A stretch of DNA of 64,000 nt, taken from the NCBI GenBank assembly GCA_951406725.2, contig OX597828.1:15562001-15626000 (forward strand), written 5' to 3'. This document shows positions 13,409 to 26,557 of this stretch, piece after piece. A program made the translations under genes and the position numbers. This DNA is from Octopus vulgaris (Eukaryota). Below the pieces are notes generated by a model. It did not search any database, was not told the DNA's origin, and saw nothing but the letters and a program-made list of their open reading frames with translations. The first letter of the stretch is position 1. Each line of letters starts with the position of its first letter.

Positions 13409-13910
13409 GTTTAAACACTAAAGAATTAAGAATGATAATTTTAACTCCTTGATAAATATCTATCTGGAAGAATAATTATTCTTGATAATAATGCAATGGA
13501 AGCGCCTTTTGAAGAGAATTCGCGACAAAATATCAGGGATTTATCACAGAATAATTAGATACATCGGTACACGTCTACAAATTTCAAGAGGAGGGTATGG
13601 TAAAAATATAGATAATGGAATAGACACGCGTATGCGGATCTGAATTATCTTTGTCGAATTCGGAATAGTGAAAACCAAAGTCGATCCCTGCCAGGTTTGA
13701 ACACCGAACGCAAATAAATACTGTTTGTCATTTGTTTTACAAAATTAACTTATCAAATTGAAGAAAAGAAGAAAAAAAAGTTGGAGAAGCGTATAGAAGA
13801 AGAAGTTGGGTACCTCATAAAATGTTTCTTGAAAAGAAAGCTTTGAGTTAAACAGTGTTAATCAATCGGAGATTTAAAAAAAACGTTCTTAAAACGAAGG
13901 AGAAATGGAT

Positions 13911-14313
13911 TACTCGTTTACTTGTTTCAGTCATTTAACTGCGGCCATGCTGGAGTACCGCCTTAAATCGAGCAAATCGACCCCGGGACTTATTCTTTGT
14001 AAGCCCAGTACTTATTCTATCAGTCTCTTTTGCCGAACCGCTAAGTGACGGGGACGTAAACACACTAGCATCGGTTGTCAAGCAATGCTAGGGGGACAAA
14101 CACAGACACACAAACACATACACACACATACATATATATATATGTACATATATACGACAGGCTTCTTTCAGTTTCCGTCTACCAAATCCACTCACAAGGC
14201 ATTGGTCGGCCCGGGGCTATAGCAGAAGACACTTGCCCAAGATGCCACGCAGTGGGACTGAACCCGGAACCATGTGGCTGGTTAGCAAGCTACTTACCAC
14301 ACAGCCACTCCTG
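13911..14313 (-). mobile_element. SINE group A, full length
   Basis: Collinear with other A copies. Confidence 0.9.
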
Positions 14314-14440
14314 CTTGTTGATGTTAACTTCAAATCAGTTTTCTTGCAAAGTGTGCGTGTATGTATGTATGTATGTATGTATGTATGTATGTATGTATGT
14401 ATGTATGTATGTATGTATGTATGTATGTATGTATGTATGT

Positions 14441-14991
14441 ATTCTCATGCATATAGTTGCATATCTAGACACGCTCATATATATATATATTTAAAAGAGA
14501 AATTTCTGGAAAGTTTTACAAATTTTTACAGTTCTAGTGATGGATTGGATCTGTAGTCTTCGAATTAGCTTTCTCCTTTCTGGTTTTGAGAAACATAATT
14601 TCTCAAGATCGGTATTCAAGCAGTGTGTTACTTATACCTGGGTACCAATAATTACTGAACTTGTAATATATTTATGTATGTATGTATGTATGTATGTATG
14701 TATGTATGTATGTATGTATGTATGTATGTATGTATGTATGTATGCATGTATGTATGTATGTATGTATGTATTCTCATGCATATAGTTGCATATCTAGACA
14801 CGCTCATATATATATATATAAAAGAGAAATTTCTGGAAAGTTTTACAAATTTTTACAGTTCTAGTGATGGATTGGATCTGTAGTCTTCGAGTTAGCTTTC
14901 TCCTTTCTGGTTTTGAGAAACATAATTTCTCAAGATCGGTATTCAGGCAGTGTGTTACTTATACCTGGGTACCAATAATTACTGAACTTGT
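14441..14991 (-). mobile_element. Two tandem copies of the 3' end of a restriction-like-endonuclease (R4/Dong/NeSL-type) LINE in (TACA)n
   Basis: Copies at 14441-14664 and 14770-14991; minus-strand translation VIIGTQV*VTHCLNTDLEKLCFSKPERRKLIRRLQIQSITRTVKICKTFQKFLF* resembles an RLE C-terminus (PVIIGALG motif); short 3'UTR then (TACA)n. Confidence 0.65.
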
Positions 14992-15137
14992 ATGTATGTA
15001 TGTATGTATGTATGTATGTATGTATGTATGTATGTATGTATGTATGTATGTATGTATGTATGTATGTATGTATGTATGTATATATGTATTTATATCTATA
15101 TCTATCTATCTATCTATCTATATATATATATACATAT

Positions 15138-15200
<63 letters not shown>

Positions 15201-15268
15201 CATACATACATATACGCAAACATATATACATATACATACATACGTATATATATATATGTATATGTCTG

Positions 15269-15335
15269 TAAATAACTACTAACATTCTCCCCCATCAAGC
15301 CTGGCATGATGGGGGAGAATGTTAGTAGTTATTTA
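15269..15335. repeat. Perfect 29-bp inverted repeat, 9-nt loop
   Basis: 15269-15297 is the reverse complement of 15307-15335. Confidence 0.95.
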
Positions 15336-15342
15336 GTTGGCA

Positions 15343-15404
15343 GACTTAGCTGATGAGAAATCACGCGCCTGGGTGGCGCTGAATTTCGAAACCGGTACCA
15401 GGTT
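15343..15404 (+). ncRNA. Type I hammerhead ribozyme motif
   Basis: GACTTAG-CTGATGA-GAAAT CA c GCGCC tgggt GGCGC TG a ATTTC-GAAA-CCGG-TA-CCAGGTT; canonical core, long stem II, palindromic stem III ACCGGT. Confidence 0.75.
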
Positions 15405-15591
15405 GACCAGCATTTACTTGTTCTGACCCATTTGAGGTAAGACATCATTATTGTTCACTGATATTTTTTCCCATCTTGTCTGTAATGGATTTGTGACTAT
15501 TCGGTGGTGCAGAAGTATTTTCCGACTTCTATCATTGGCGATATAGGTACTCATGTAGCACCCTTACGTATACATGTACATATCTAATATT

Positions 15592-15648
<57 letters not shown>

Positions 15649-15713
15649 TAAAACGGTAAGATGACAAAAGAAAGAAAGAGACCTCAATATTATGTAAATA
15701 GAGGAAATTTATC

Positions 15714-16023
<310 letters not shown>

Positions 16024-16503
16024 TGTGTGTGTATATATATATACATACATACATACATACATACATATACAAGTACACTCACACACACACACACACACAC
16101 AATTACTTGCTGGTTAAGTGATGATGTGTTTTTAGTGCTGAAACCGTGTCGACTCCTGCATGACACGGCTTAAGAGGGGTATTTTTTTTACGTCTGTTTG
16201 TTGTCCGTTTTTTTTTTCTTGTTAATTGCTGTCTACATCTTTTCACTCACTATTATTTGTAATTGTAGTGTACAAAATTTCATCTTTATAGATTTGTTTT
16301 GCTTTGACGTACACCACACACACACACACACACACACATACGTACGCACACATTCATACCCACACCAAAACACACACAGACACACACACACACCAATAAA
16401 CACACATAAATGTATATCCGTGTCTGCGGGTACGTAAATAGGTACACATGCTACACACACACACACACACAGGCACACACACACAGAGACACACACATAC
16501 ACA

Positions 16504-16543
<40 letters not shown>

Positions 16544-16722
16544 CGTACACACACATTATAGATACCAGCATCGTTGTATTGCATTGCATTGTATTTTTAA
16601 ACTAGGCTAATACAACGTGCACGGTATTGAAAGATGTCCCGAAAATGAAAAAGAAAATTATCATTGTTTACTGTTGGATATTTCCATTCCGCTATCTGCA
16701 GTCTATACATCCAGCATTGCCT

Positions 16723-16785
<63 letters not shown>

Positions 16786-17246
16786 AGTGTATGGAGAGAA
16801 AGAGAGAGAGAGAGGGAGAGATAGTGCGTTTAATTTGATGTGCCTCTTGCATACTTTTCTGTATATTGCTTCTATTTCAATATTAGCTGATTGCTCTTTA
16901 GAAAGCTATAGGCACCACTGCAAGATGTTTCTTGTACTGTAGAGTCACAATGCTTTTCATTGTTTCAGCCTTCTTTTTGTTGCTTTTCTTTCTTCACTAA
17001 CATTACATCAGTAAAAAACAACGACTCTCTGTACATTTGTATTATTAGACGATATAGCAAAGGAGAAATGTACAATTCTTAGTGATTCTGAATGGCATTC
17101 AATGTTCTTTGGGTTTTCAGAGTAACTGTTCGACTTTTTGTGCTGGTTTAAGTCATTAAATGTTTTTTTTTCTTATCACTTGGTTATTTTCCACTGACTG
17201 CTTCATGTTAGTAACTTGGCCAAAACATTTCGCATTAATTTCTGTC

Positions 17247-18215
17247 AAGGCGGCGGGCAGGCAGAAACCGTTAGCACCCCGGGCAAAATGCTTAGCGGCA
17301 TTTCGTCTGTCTGTGTGTTCAGATTCCGCTGAGGGTAACTTTACCTTTCATCCTTTCGGGGTCGATAAAATAAGTATTTGTTGAATACTAAGGTCGATGT
17401 AATCGACTAACCTGCTTCTCTGAAATTTGTGGTATTGTGCCAAAATTAGAAACCATTGTTAATTTCTGCCAAGGCAGCGAGCATGCAAAATCGTGAGCGA
17501 GCCGGACAAAATGCTTAGCAGTATTTCTCCTTATGTTCTGAGTTCAAATTCTGCCGTGGGTCGACTTTGCCTTTTACTCTTTCGGGGTGATCAAAAAAGG
17601 GCCGATCAAGCACTGTGGTCAACAAAATTGACTAACTCCTTCCCCAACTCCCAAATTGCTGGCCTTGTGCCAAAACTCCTTTCTACTGCAGGCATAAAGC
17701 CTGAAATTTTGGGGGAGGGGGTAGTCGATTACATCGACCCCCAGTGCTCAACTAGTACATTATTTCATCGACCCCGAAAGGATGAATAAGCAAAGTCGAC
17801 CACGGCGGCATTTGAACTCAGAACATAAAGCCGGAAGAAATGCCGCAATGCATTTTGTCTGACATGGTAACAATTCTTGTACATTTCTTCTTCGCATTTT
17901 TCATCTAATAATGAAAATGTAGAAACAAAATGAGGGTCGGAGCAATGACGAGCATTTTGACTGTACAGTACAACTTCTAAGAAGCATCTTGCAGTGATAC
18001 CTATGGCTTTCTAAAGAGCAATGTACTAATATTAGGTTCAAATTTTGGTACAAGGCTTGCAATTTCGGGTAAGTAAGGAGATTAAATCGACCCCTGTGCT
18101 CAAATAGTACTTATTTTATCGACTCCAAAGGCAAAGTTGACACTGGCAGCATTCGAACTCAGAAATGTCGCTAAGCATTTTGCTTGGTGCGGTAACGATT
18201 CTGCCGGCTCGCCAC
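17247..18215. mobile_element. SINE group C cluster: two + copies followed by two - copies
   Basis: AAGGCGGCGGGCAGGCAGAAACCGTTAGCAC head and GCCTTTCATCCTTTCGGGGTCGATAAA domain; orientation flips near 17683. Confidence 0.8.
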
Positions 18216-18519
18216 TTTGCAATCAGTTAATATTTAAAAAAAAGATGCGACATAGAGAAAAGAAGGTGAAATTTGTTTATTATTAAGTGCATGTTAAAGA
18301 ACTTTTTCATTACTGTGGGTGTTTTGTATTACTATAAGAGGAACGGTTTCAAAGCAGGAAAGCCCTTTATTTGTCTAATGATACCAGGCATTAGTGACAG
18401 ACAGCGAGTCTTTCTACAGGACGAGGAGCTTCTGTATTCAATTTCAATAAAATCATAATACTCCTTGAAATGTCCAATTCAAACTATGTAGAAGATATCG
18501 ATAAATCGTGCGGATAGTA

Positions 18520-19085
18520 TTGGGTTGTCCGGAAAGTTCGTGCCGATTTTTAAAGGAAAGAAAAAGGTCAATAAATACTTGCCATTACATTTTTAATCAA
18601 CCAAATATGAACTATTTTGTTGCACAGTGCATCTCCATCTTTCCTTTAATTTGAAAATACCCTCTTCCCAGAACTGAGGTGGTTTCATGGCAAAGAATTC
18701 ATCAAAGTATCTTTTTACGTCATCCAAGGAATTGAAATTTTTACCATTAAGATTATTCTGCAGAGACCTGAATAAGTTGAAATCCGAAGGAGCAATATCT
18801 GGTGAATATGGAGGGTGGGGTAACACATCCCAGCCGAGCTGCAGCAATTTCTGTCTGTTTCCCAAAGCATCAAGTGCTGAAAATGAACTTTCTTATCTTC
18901 CATTTTAAAGGGTTACAGAATTAACACAGGTTATAGGAACATAAGCCTTCTTCCACGAAAAGATAGCTTAAACTGTGCTCTAAATGGAGGTGTAGTCAAA
19001 TCCTATTTTATGAACTCAACTATGTTCTAAAATAAGTCGAAAAGTAAGCTACTATAAATCGGCACGAACTTTCCGGACAACCCAA
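18520..19085 (-). mobile_element. Internally deleted mariner (DD34D) transposon
   Basis: Perfect 30-bp TIRs TTGGGTTGTCCGGAAAGTTCGTGCCGATTT, TA on both flanks; N-terminus MEDKKVHFQHLMLWE fused to C-terminus LGWDVLPHPPYSPDIAPSDFNLFRSL..KLKERW. Confidence 0.95.
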
Positions 19086-19379
19086 TATTTTCAATATCGC
19101 GTATCCAATTTTTGCTGCGTGGTAGGCATAGCTGGCTATCTTTTTGCCTGTCCTGTGTATCACTTATGATACTCCGGACATATTTTCCTGGCGTCTACAC
19201 ATCATACATGCTACATATTCTCAATGTTTTTCACCCACCAGAGTAACTTGGGACTTATGAAACGGAAGCTTTATATTACTCAGAACGTGTGATGCAAAGG
19301 TTAACTAATAATCGGAAAGCTAACGCGATATTTAGCGCAAACTTATGAAAATGCTTTGGACATGCAAAGGGTTAAAATA

Positions 19380-19975
19380 TGTGATTGGCAAATCACTTCA
19401 ATTAAATTCCTTCATATTTGCAAACATTTTATTCAGATTAGCGAACATGTCATTCAGATTTACGAGCACATTATTGCCGTCTTCATTACGAATGAATTCT
19501 TCCAAACATTTGTACTGTAGTTGTCACCTGTGAAGAGAGACCATTTTCTCCAGAATTTCCTTTATGTAATTAGTAAATGCGTCTGCAGTCTCATTACGTG
19601 TGTTCTATATAACTCAATCAGTTTTGACTGTAAAAACAACCATTATTCTTCCAGTCAAAAGTACTGAATAATTACAGGAAATGGTTTTATTGAATTGAGA
19701 TTATTTCCATCTGCAGCGATTCCATAATATGCTGCTATCTCATTTTCTTCAAGATTTTTCAAGGTAGCATTTATAGAACGGTAGTGCAAATATTGAATTA
19801 ACAAATGCTTCTGTTTTGTTTGAGCACAAGAAATCATTCACTGCCATCTCTGAATCAGAGAAACTAATTTTAACCCAGACAGCTTGAGCAGTTTAGTACT
19901 TTGTGAAGCGTTTACGATATTTAAGAGTGAAATACTTGAATATATTCTGTAGTTTTTCCATCGGTCTTGACAAAA
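19380..19975 (-). pseudogene. Decayed hAT-like DDE transposase fragment
   Basis: ISCAQTK..YYGIAADGNNLNSIKPFPVIIQYF and FTGDNYSTN segments resemble hAT catalytic motifs; frameshifted. Confidence 0.55.
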
Positions 19976-20133
19976 TAAATAAATAAGTAAATAATTAAAT
20001 AAAATTCCCAACTTCATGGTTTCGAGTTCAGTCCCACTGCGTGACACCTTGGACAAATGTCTTCTACTATAGCCTCGGGCCGACCAAGGTTTGTGAGTGG
20101 ATTTGTTCGACGGAGGCTGAAAGAAACCCGTCG

Positions 20134-20363
<230 letters not shown>

Positions 20364-20366
20364 CGT

Positions 20367-20556
20367 GGAGGCGCGTGGCTTAGTGGTTAGGATGTGAGCA
20401 TCATAATCGTGAGATTGTGGTTTCGATTCCTGGACCGGGCGACGCGTTGTGTTCTTAAGCAAAGCACTTCATTTCACGTTGCTCCAGTCCACTCAGCCGG
20501 CAAAAATGAGTAACGCTGCGATGGACTGGCGTCCCGTCCAACTGGGGAACGCATAC
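20367..20556 (+). mobile_element. SINE group B with V-domain-like tail (truncated)
   Basis: tRNA head, CORE-like segment and CTGCGATGGACTGGCGTCCCGTCCA. Confidence 0.8.
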
Positions 20557-20928
20557 GCCTTAGCGAAGGCGGAGGTATTGTTTTCAGTCGTGTTTGTTCG
20601 TTTGTTTCTCAATGGACAAGATATGTCAAGAACCGCTGGATGGATTCAGATGAAACTTTCAGGGATGTTTGGCCTCGTGATTGATACGAACTGATTAGAT
20701 TTTGGGGTCGATCCCAAAAGGATTCTGTACAACGATTCTGGATTATTTTTCCGTTTTTTTTTTTTACTTAATTTTTGAGAGTGCTCGGGTTCATTTTTAG
20801 TATTCTCTTTCATGAGAGCAGTCGAGTTTATTTCAGATATTCTCATTTTAAAAATCATCTCTGGCTAATCGTTGAGAGGACGTTGGTGTTGCCTTGGCAG
20901 AGGTTTGCGCTCTCTGAGTGCTCTTGTT
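20556..20928 (+). mobile_element. Helentron-associated (HINE-like) element
   Basis: 5' CGCCTTAGCGAAGGCGGAGGT..GTTTGTT.. and 3' GGCAGAGGTTTGCGCTCTCTGAGTGCTCTTGTT (subTIR plus terminal hairpin). Confidence 0.65.
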
Positions 20929-21503
20929 ATGAATTTGAATTGGAAATTTTGAGTCATGGTGAATCTTTCATCAGCTGATTACACAACCATGGACGCCACC
21001 ACTACGAACACATTAAGGTTACTCTCTTGGTAGAGTTTGGTGATCCTAACCGTTGATCTTCTAGGCTTCCTCCGCTCAGTATCATTGTAAAGAAGCACCG
21101 CTGGCCCAGTTTACCTCTTCCGTTACCTCTCCACAATCTTTGCCGTATCCCTAGCAGAGCGGCTGAATGGGTGCTTTGTCTTGCCTTGCCAAAGGGCAAC
21201 CCGTAACTATGCAAGGCACGGTCTTCACTTCCTGAGGTATTTTCAAAATACCCGCGTACCCTAGTTCGTCTCCTTACTGTTCGACAACCGATGCTGGTTT
21301 GTTTACATCCCCATAATCTCGCGGCACGGCAAAAGTGACCGATAAAAAAAATAGTACCAGAGTTTTAAGAAAACCAGTACTGGGGGGATTTGTTCGGCTA
21401 GACCCTTCAAGGCAGTGCTCCAGCATGGCCGCAGCCAATGATTGAAATAATTGAAAGAATAAAAGAATTATATATTTGAGAACCATAACTGTAAAGTCAA
21501 GAA

Positions 21504-21720
21504 CAGCCACGGGCAACCTTTTTTCGAGAAGCGGGCCGCATGAAACAGCTCATCATCAGGCGGGCCGCACTACTAAAAAGTTCAAAGTAATTTTTCGTTT
21601 AGTCTTGCCATTCAGAAAGTCTTGCAGGCATCAGTCTGCCCACGACTGTTCCAGAGCTTCAACTTTTATGGTAAAGGCGAGGTAAATGCAGAAAAAAATT
21701 ATTAGAAACACTGACCCAGA
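21504..21720 (+). mobile_element. hAT-type terminal fragment
   Basis: CAGCCACGGGCAACCTT terminus with two subterminal GCGGGCCGCA repeats. Confidence 0.5.
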
Positions 21721-22851
21721 GAGAAGAGACAGCGAATACCGTGGAGCATTTTTTTTTTGTTCGACGCTCTACCGTGGCCTAGTTACCTAGTATGTTGTTG
21801 TTTGGGTAACACGAGAAGGTCGTAGGAGTACTTCGCTACTCCTACAGCCTTCTCACGTTACCAAAATAACGCGACTGAGATACGAAGGAGCGGACAAGGA
21901 AGCATCTTAATTATCGCTCGATCTACTAGAAATAACAAGCAAATCTCCCTCAAATCAAACACCCAATCGTGTCAATAAATAAATTTATTAATAAATAACA
22001 GGATGGTATATACCTGACATTGAATATTTCGATATACAATAGAGACTAGTTTGACGCAGCTGACCTGGGCTTAACCACCAGCACCACCACCACCACCACC
22101 AACAACAACAGCAACAACACAAAGCAGTAATACGAATCATTTATTTAGGACACATTTAAACTAGTTATTATGATTATTAATAAAGCTTACTTAGAATCTT
22201 TTCGTTTCAATACATTCACTCGGGCTGGTTTAATATCACTATAGAAATTTATTGAAATTCCCAACTTCCGGCGTGTCGAAAACGGCCGTATTTAATTGGC
22301 TGAAAATTAAAATCAATAACAATAAATTTTTAAAGGCTTTAAACTTTTATTTTTTTATTTTTAATTTCTCTAAAACTGGAAAAAGAAAACAAAAAGGTTA
22401 TGATTCTCATTATCGGCATTAAAAGCTGCCACTTTAAAATTTCTTATTTATTTCCTGCTTGTTTTAGTTACAAGCCTGAGGCCTAGCTGGGGCACCTCTT
22501 TGAAGTATTTGATCGAACAAATCTGTCCCAGAACGTATTTTTTTTAAAGGTTGGTAATTATTCCATCGGTCTCCTTTTGTCGAACAGATAAGTTACGAGG
22601 AATTACGTAGAAAGCTTCTAAAAACATTGAATCTGGTTTGTGAAACTGAAAAGATCTTCTATTTATGCATTCGAACTAATTAAATTATGAAATAATGTTA
22701 ATTAGCACGTATCGGTGTTATTGCTGTTGCTGTAGTGGTTGCTATTCTTGTTGACGCTGTTGTTGTTGTTGTTATTGTTGCTGTTGTTGTTGTTGTTGCC
22801 GTCTTTGTTGTTGTCGCTGTTGTTGCTGCTTGTTTGTTTGTTTGTTTGTTT

Positions 22852-23215
22852 GTTGAGCGAAGCTGTCTTCGTCCCATTAGTGTGAGAAGTCCGAAACGTG
22901 GTCCTTTGCTATTCGTAAGACCCGCGGAAGAGAAAGCAGGTCAACCTCCGACACCGAGAGTATCGACGGATGGATGAATGCGCATCCAGGCTCAGCGGTT
23001 GCGTAGGAAGTCGGGAACAAGATACAGGAAGAAAAAGTGAGAGAAAAAGTTGGGGCGAAAGAGTACAACAGGGGTCGCCACCAACCCCTGCCGGAGCCAC
23101 GTGGAGCTTTAGGTGTTTTCGCTCAATAAACACACACAACGCCAGTCAGGGAATCGAAACCGCGATTCTCCGACCGCGAGTCCGCTTCCCTAACCATTGG
23201 GCCATTGCGCCTCCA
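22852..23215 (-). mobile_element. SINE group B, head type 2, tail type 3
   Basis: Head TGGAGGCGCAATGGCCCAATGGTTAGGG..GGTTTCGATTCCC; distinct tail ending in (AAAC)n. Confidence 0.8.
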
Positions 23216-23296
23216 CTGCTGTTGCTGCTGCTGTTGTCCACTGCTGTTGCTGCTGCTGTTGTCGTTGCTGCTGTTTCTTCTTCTTCTTCTTCTTCT

Positions 23297-23344
<48 letters not shown>

Positions 23345-23399
23345 AATCAGGACTCACACCATTAGCCACAAAGAATAATTTCTAATTCGAGCATACTCT

Positions 23400-23803
23400 A
23401 AGTTACTTGAAGATCCACCCACCACACGCGATAGACTGGCCGTTGCACGGGCGCGAAAGCTGCGTTGTTATCCTCATTCCGTAAACGGTGGCTTTTAACG
23501 GGTGGAGAACTGAACCATCCTGGGGTACAGAGGATTCGTAATCTAGACTAGGGTCTGAAAGTCTCCCACACCATGGTGGGTTACTCCATGGTTCCTCTGC
23601 TTTGTGACAGAAGTAGGAAGAAAGAGTGAGAGAAAGTTGTGGTGAAAGAGTACAGCGGGGTTCACCACCACCCACCTATCCGCCGGAGCCTCGTGGAGCT
23701 TAGGTGTTTTTGCTCAATAAACACTCAATGCCCGGTCTGAGAATCGAAACCGCGTTCTTACGATCGCGAGTCCGCTGCCCTAGCCACTGGGCCATTGAGT
23801 CCT
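23400..23803 (-). mobile_element. SINE group B, head type 2, tail type 5
   Basis: Same head and GTACTCTTTCACCAC segment, followed by an unrelated roughly 200-bp body. Confidence 0.7.
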
Positions 23804-24179
23804 TCCCCCCATTGTCGCTGTTCTTATCGCTGTTGTCGCTGCAGTTGGCATTGTTGTTGTTATTTTTGTTGTTATCGTTGTTATTGTTTTTGTTGTTGTT
23901 GTTGTTATTATTGTCGTTATTCTTATTGTTGTTACTATTGTTTTTTATCGCTGTTGCTGTAGTTATTGTTGTTGTTGCTATTCTTGTTGTCGCTGCTGTT
24001 GGCATTGTTGTTGTTTTTCTTTGTTACTGCTGCTGTTGTTGTTGTTGTTGTCGCTGCTATTATTGCTGTTTATATTGCTCCTCTCGTTGCTGTTGTTTAA
24101 CTCCCAGTTGCCCCACGATGAACGACGTGTGTGCCTGCAATGGTGAGGGTGCTCGCGCACACACACACACATATACATA

Positions 24180-24410
24180 ACATATGGTATAATAATAAAC
24201 TGGGCAAATTTTAGCCATTTCTCCGCAGACTGAAAAAATGATGAACAACCTTAATCGATTTTCGAACCTTGATGGATTCCCATAGCCGAAATTGCGAGGA
24301 TGATCCGGTTCTTGACTGAAGATTGAAGGCTTCGAATGTCCGTGCTTTTTGTATCGTCTTCAAAATGTTTTGCGTTCTTGTCCCAGTTTGTATTTTTTAT
24401 ACATACATAC
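24180..24410 (+). mobile_element. Penelope pLTR-like element with degenerate hammerhead
   Basis: GAACC..TTGATGG..GCC-GAAA-TTGCgaggATGA-TC-CGGTTC; same family as 37010-37128 (-) and 56720-56875 (-). Confidence 0.55.
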
Positions 24411-24424
24411 ATACATATACATAC

Positions 24425-24488
<64 letters not shown>

Positions 24489-24593
24489 CAAAGGGTAAAA
24501 TTAATTAATTAAGAAGTAATCAATAATTTCACCAAGTAGAATTCGGCATGAAAAAGGACCATTTCACGGTAAACTTAAGTAATACTTTATAAT

Positions 24594-24732
24594 TAGGGTT
24601 CAGCAAAGATTTGCTTTACTACATACCGAAGTTTAGAAATAGCAGCCAAAAAAGTAGAAGAAATAGCTAAGGTTTTTTGGCTGCTATTTCTAAACTTCGG
24701 TATGTGGTAAAGCAAATCTTAGCTGAACCCTA
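24594..24732. repeat. 60-bp inverted repeat (2 mismatches, 19-nt spacer) in a short element between (TA)n tracts
   Basis: 24594-24653 vs 24673-24732. Confidence 0.9.
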
Positions 24733-25036
24733 CCATAAAGTATATATATATATATATACAGATAGACAGATAGATAGATAGATATAGATATATAGGTATG
24801 CATACCCATACACATATGTGTGTGTATGTGTGTACACACATATATGCATACCTTGGCTACACCAACGTACCGAGCACGCTCCACCCCACCCCTCTCTCCC
24901 TCTCACGTACACACACACACACCCGTCGCACACACACATGCAAAATTACACATGCATGCACACACTGCCACACCCACTCATTCATACAACTGTCACTATA
25001 GCTGCTGACCTCTCAGACCGATATTAACACACACAC

Positions 25037-25092
<56 letters not shown>

Positions 25093-25259
25093 AGTTAATA
25101 CCACACAGACACACAGTTAATATCACACACACAACACAGTTTACACCACACACATACACACACATGCACGCAGTTACTGCTACAAACACACACACACATG
25201 CTACCATACATACAAATGCTATCGCACGCACACACACACACACCGACTAACTTCATATT

Positions 25260-25540
25260 CTCATATCCCAGAAAACACTTTCTCTTTGTCCTTCTACTTC
25301 CGGTGACTTCAAAAATGTAACTACACGGGGACTTTTGGCATTTTTTTTTCTTTTTCCTTTCCTTTTGGACTTAATTGTTTTTCCTGTTTCCGAAGAAGAG
25401 CTATGCACGAAACATAAATCAACCACTCTTTTCCTTCTCCGAGGCTCTTGTTAATCCCTTGCATGTGCTACGTCCTCACGTTCTTGTTTTTTAGTTGTCT
25501 TTTTCTCTATTTATTTCTCTTTTTTTTTTAACTAATTATA
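25260..25540 (+). mobile_element. Diverged copy of the 5125-5340 element with degenerate hammerhead
   Basis: GTTT-CCGAAGA-AGAGCtatGCAC-GAAA-CATA at about 25386-25420; shared ACGTCCTCACGTT segment. Confidence 0.55.
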
Positions 25541-25544
25541 TATC

Positions 25545-25921
25545 AGGCGTGGCTGTGTGATAAAGAGCTTGCTTCCCAACCACAATCTTCTGGGTTCAGT
25601 CGCACTGCGTGACACCTTGGTCAAGTGCCTTCTACAATAGCTTCGAGCCGACCAAAGCCTTATGAGTGGATTTGGTAGACGGAAACTGAAAGAACTTCGT
25701 CGTATATATATATATATGTGTGTGTGTGTCTGTGTTTGTCCTCAAACCGTCGGTAGACAACCGATGCTGGTGTGTTTATGTCCCCGTAAATTAGCGGTTC
25801 GACAAAACTACCCGATAGAAGAAGTACTATGCTTACAAAGAATAAATCCTGGGGTCGATTTGCTCAACTAAAGACGGTGCTCCAGCATGGCCGCAGTCAA
25901 ATGACAAACAAATAAAAGAAT
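25545..25921 (+). mobile_element. SINE group A, full length
   Basis: From the head to tail GGTGCTCCAGCATGGCCGCAGTCAAATGAC. Confidence 0.85.
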
Positions 25922-26269
25922 ATATATATATATATACACATACATACATATGAATCATGTGAATATATATATATATATACACGTGTGTGTATATAGGTAT
26001 ATATGCATAAGCATTATATCTTTAGCTATATTGATTTCAAATTTTGGCACAAGGCCAGTAGTTTTGGAGGAAGGATTAAATCGATTGTATCAACAATAGT
26101 GCTTAACTGGCACTATCGACCCGGAAAGGATGACAGGCAAAGTCGACCTCGGAGGAATTTGAACAGGGAACGTAAAGACTGACAAATGCCGTTCAGCATG
26201 TTTAGCTATATTGCCATGAATAATAACTTATGCGTGAATATTTTGGTGATATATATATATATGTATATG

Positions 26270-26557
26270 TGATCACGTGACCGACCAGTCCATCAGATGT
26301 AGTTACTCATCGCTGGTCACAATGCGTTCGCGTTGTTTTAGCCTTCGAATGACACCACCCCGCTGGCTAAGTGAGCTGGCCAACAGAAGAAAGAGTGGTG
26401 AAAGAGTACAGCAGGGATTACCACTCCCTGCCGGAGCCTCTTGGAGCTCTTGGACGTTTTCGCTCAATAAACACTCACAACGCCCGGTCTGGGAATCGAA
26501 ACCGCGATCCTACGACCGCGAATCCGCTGCCCTAACCACTGGGTCATTGCGCCTCCA
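26270..26557 (-). mobile_element. SINE group B, head type 2, tail type 4
   Basis: Head as at 30860; tail ..GCATTGTGACCAGCGATG..GGTCGGTCACGTGATCAC. Confidence 0.8.

Noticed and set aside
16113-16175. TGATGA..GAAACCGTGTC..GACACGG hammerhead-like motif
   Set aside because: Lacks C3, a stem II and a proper UH cleavage site
18230-19376. Possible piggyBac relic around the mariner (ends AAAGGG|TTAA near 19376)
   Set aside because: Only a terminal motif; no convincing transposase peptide or partner end
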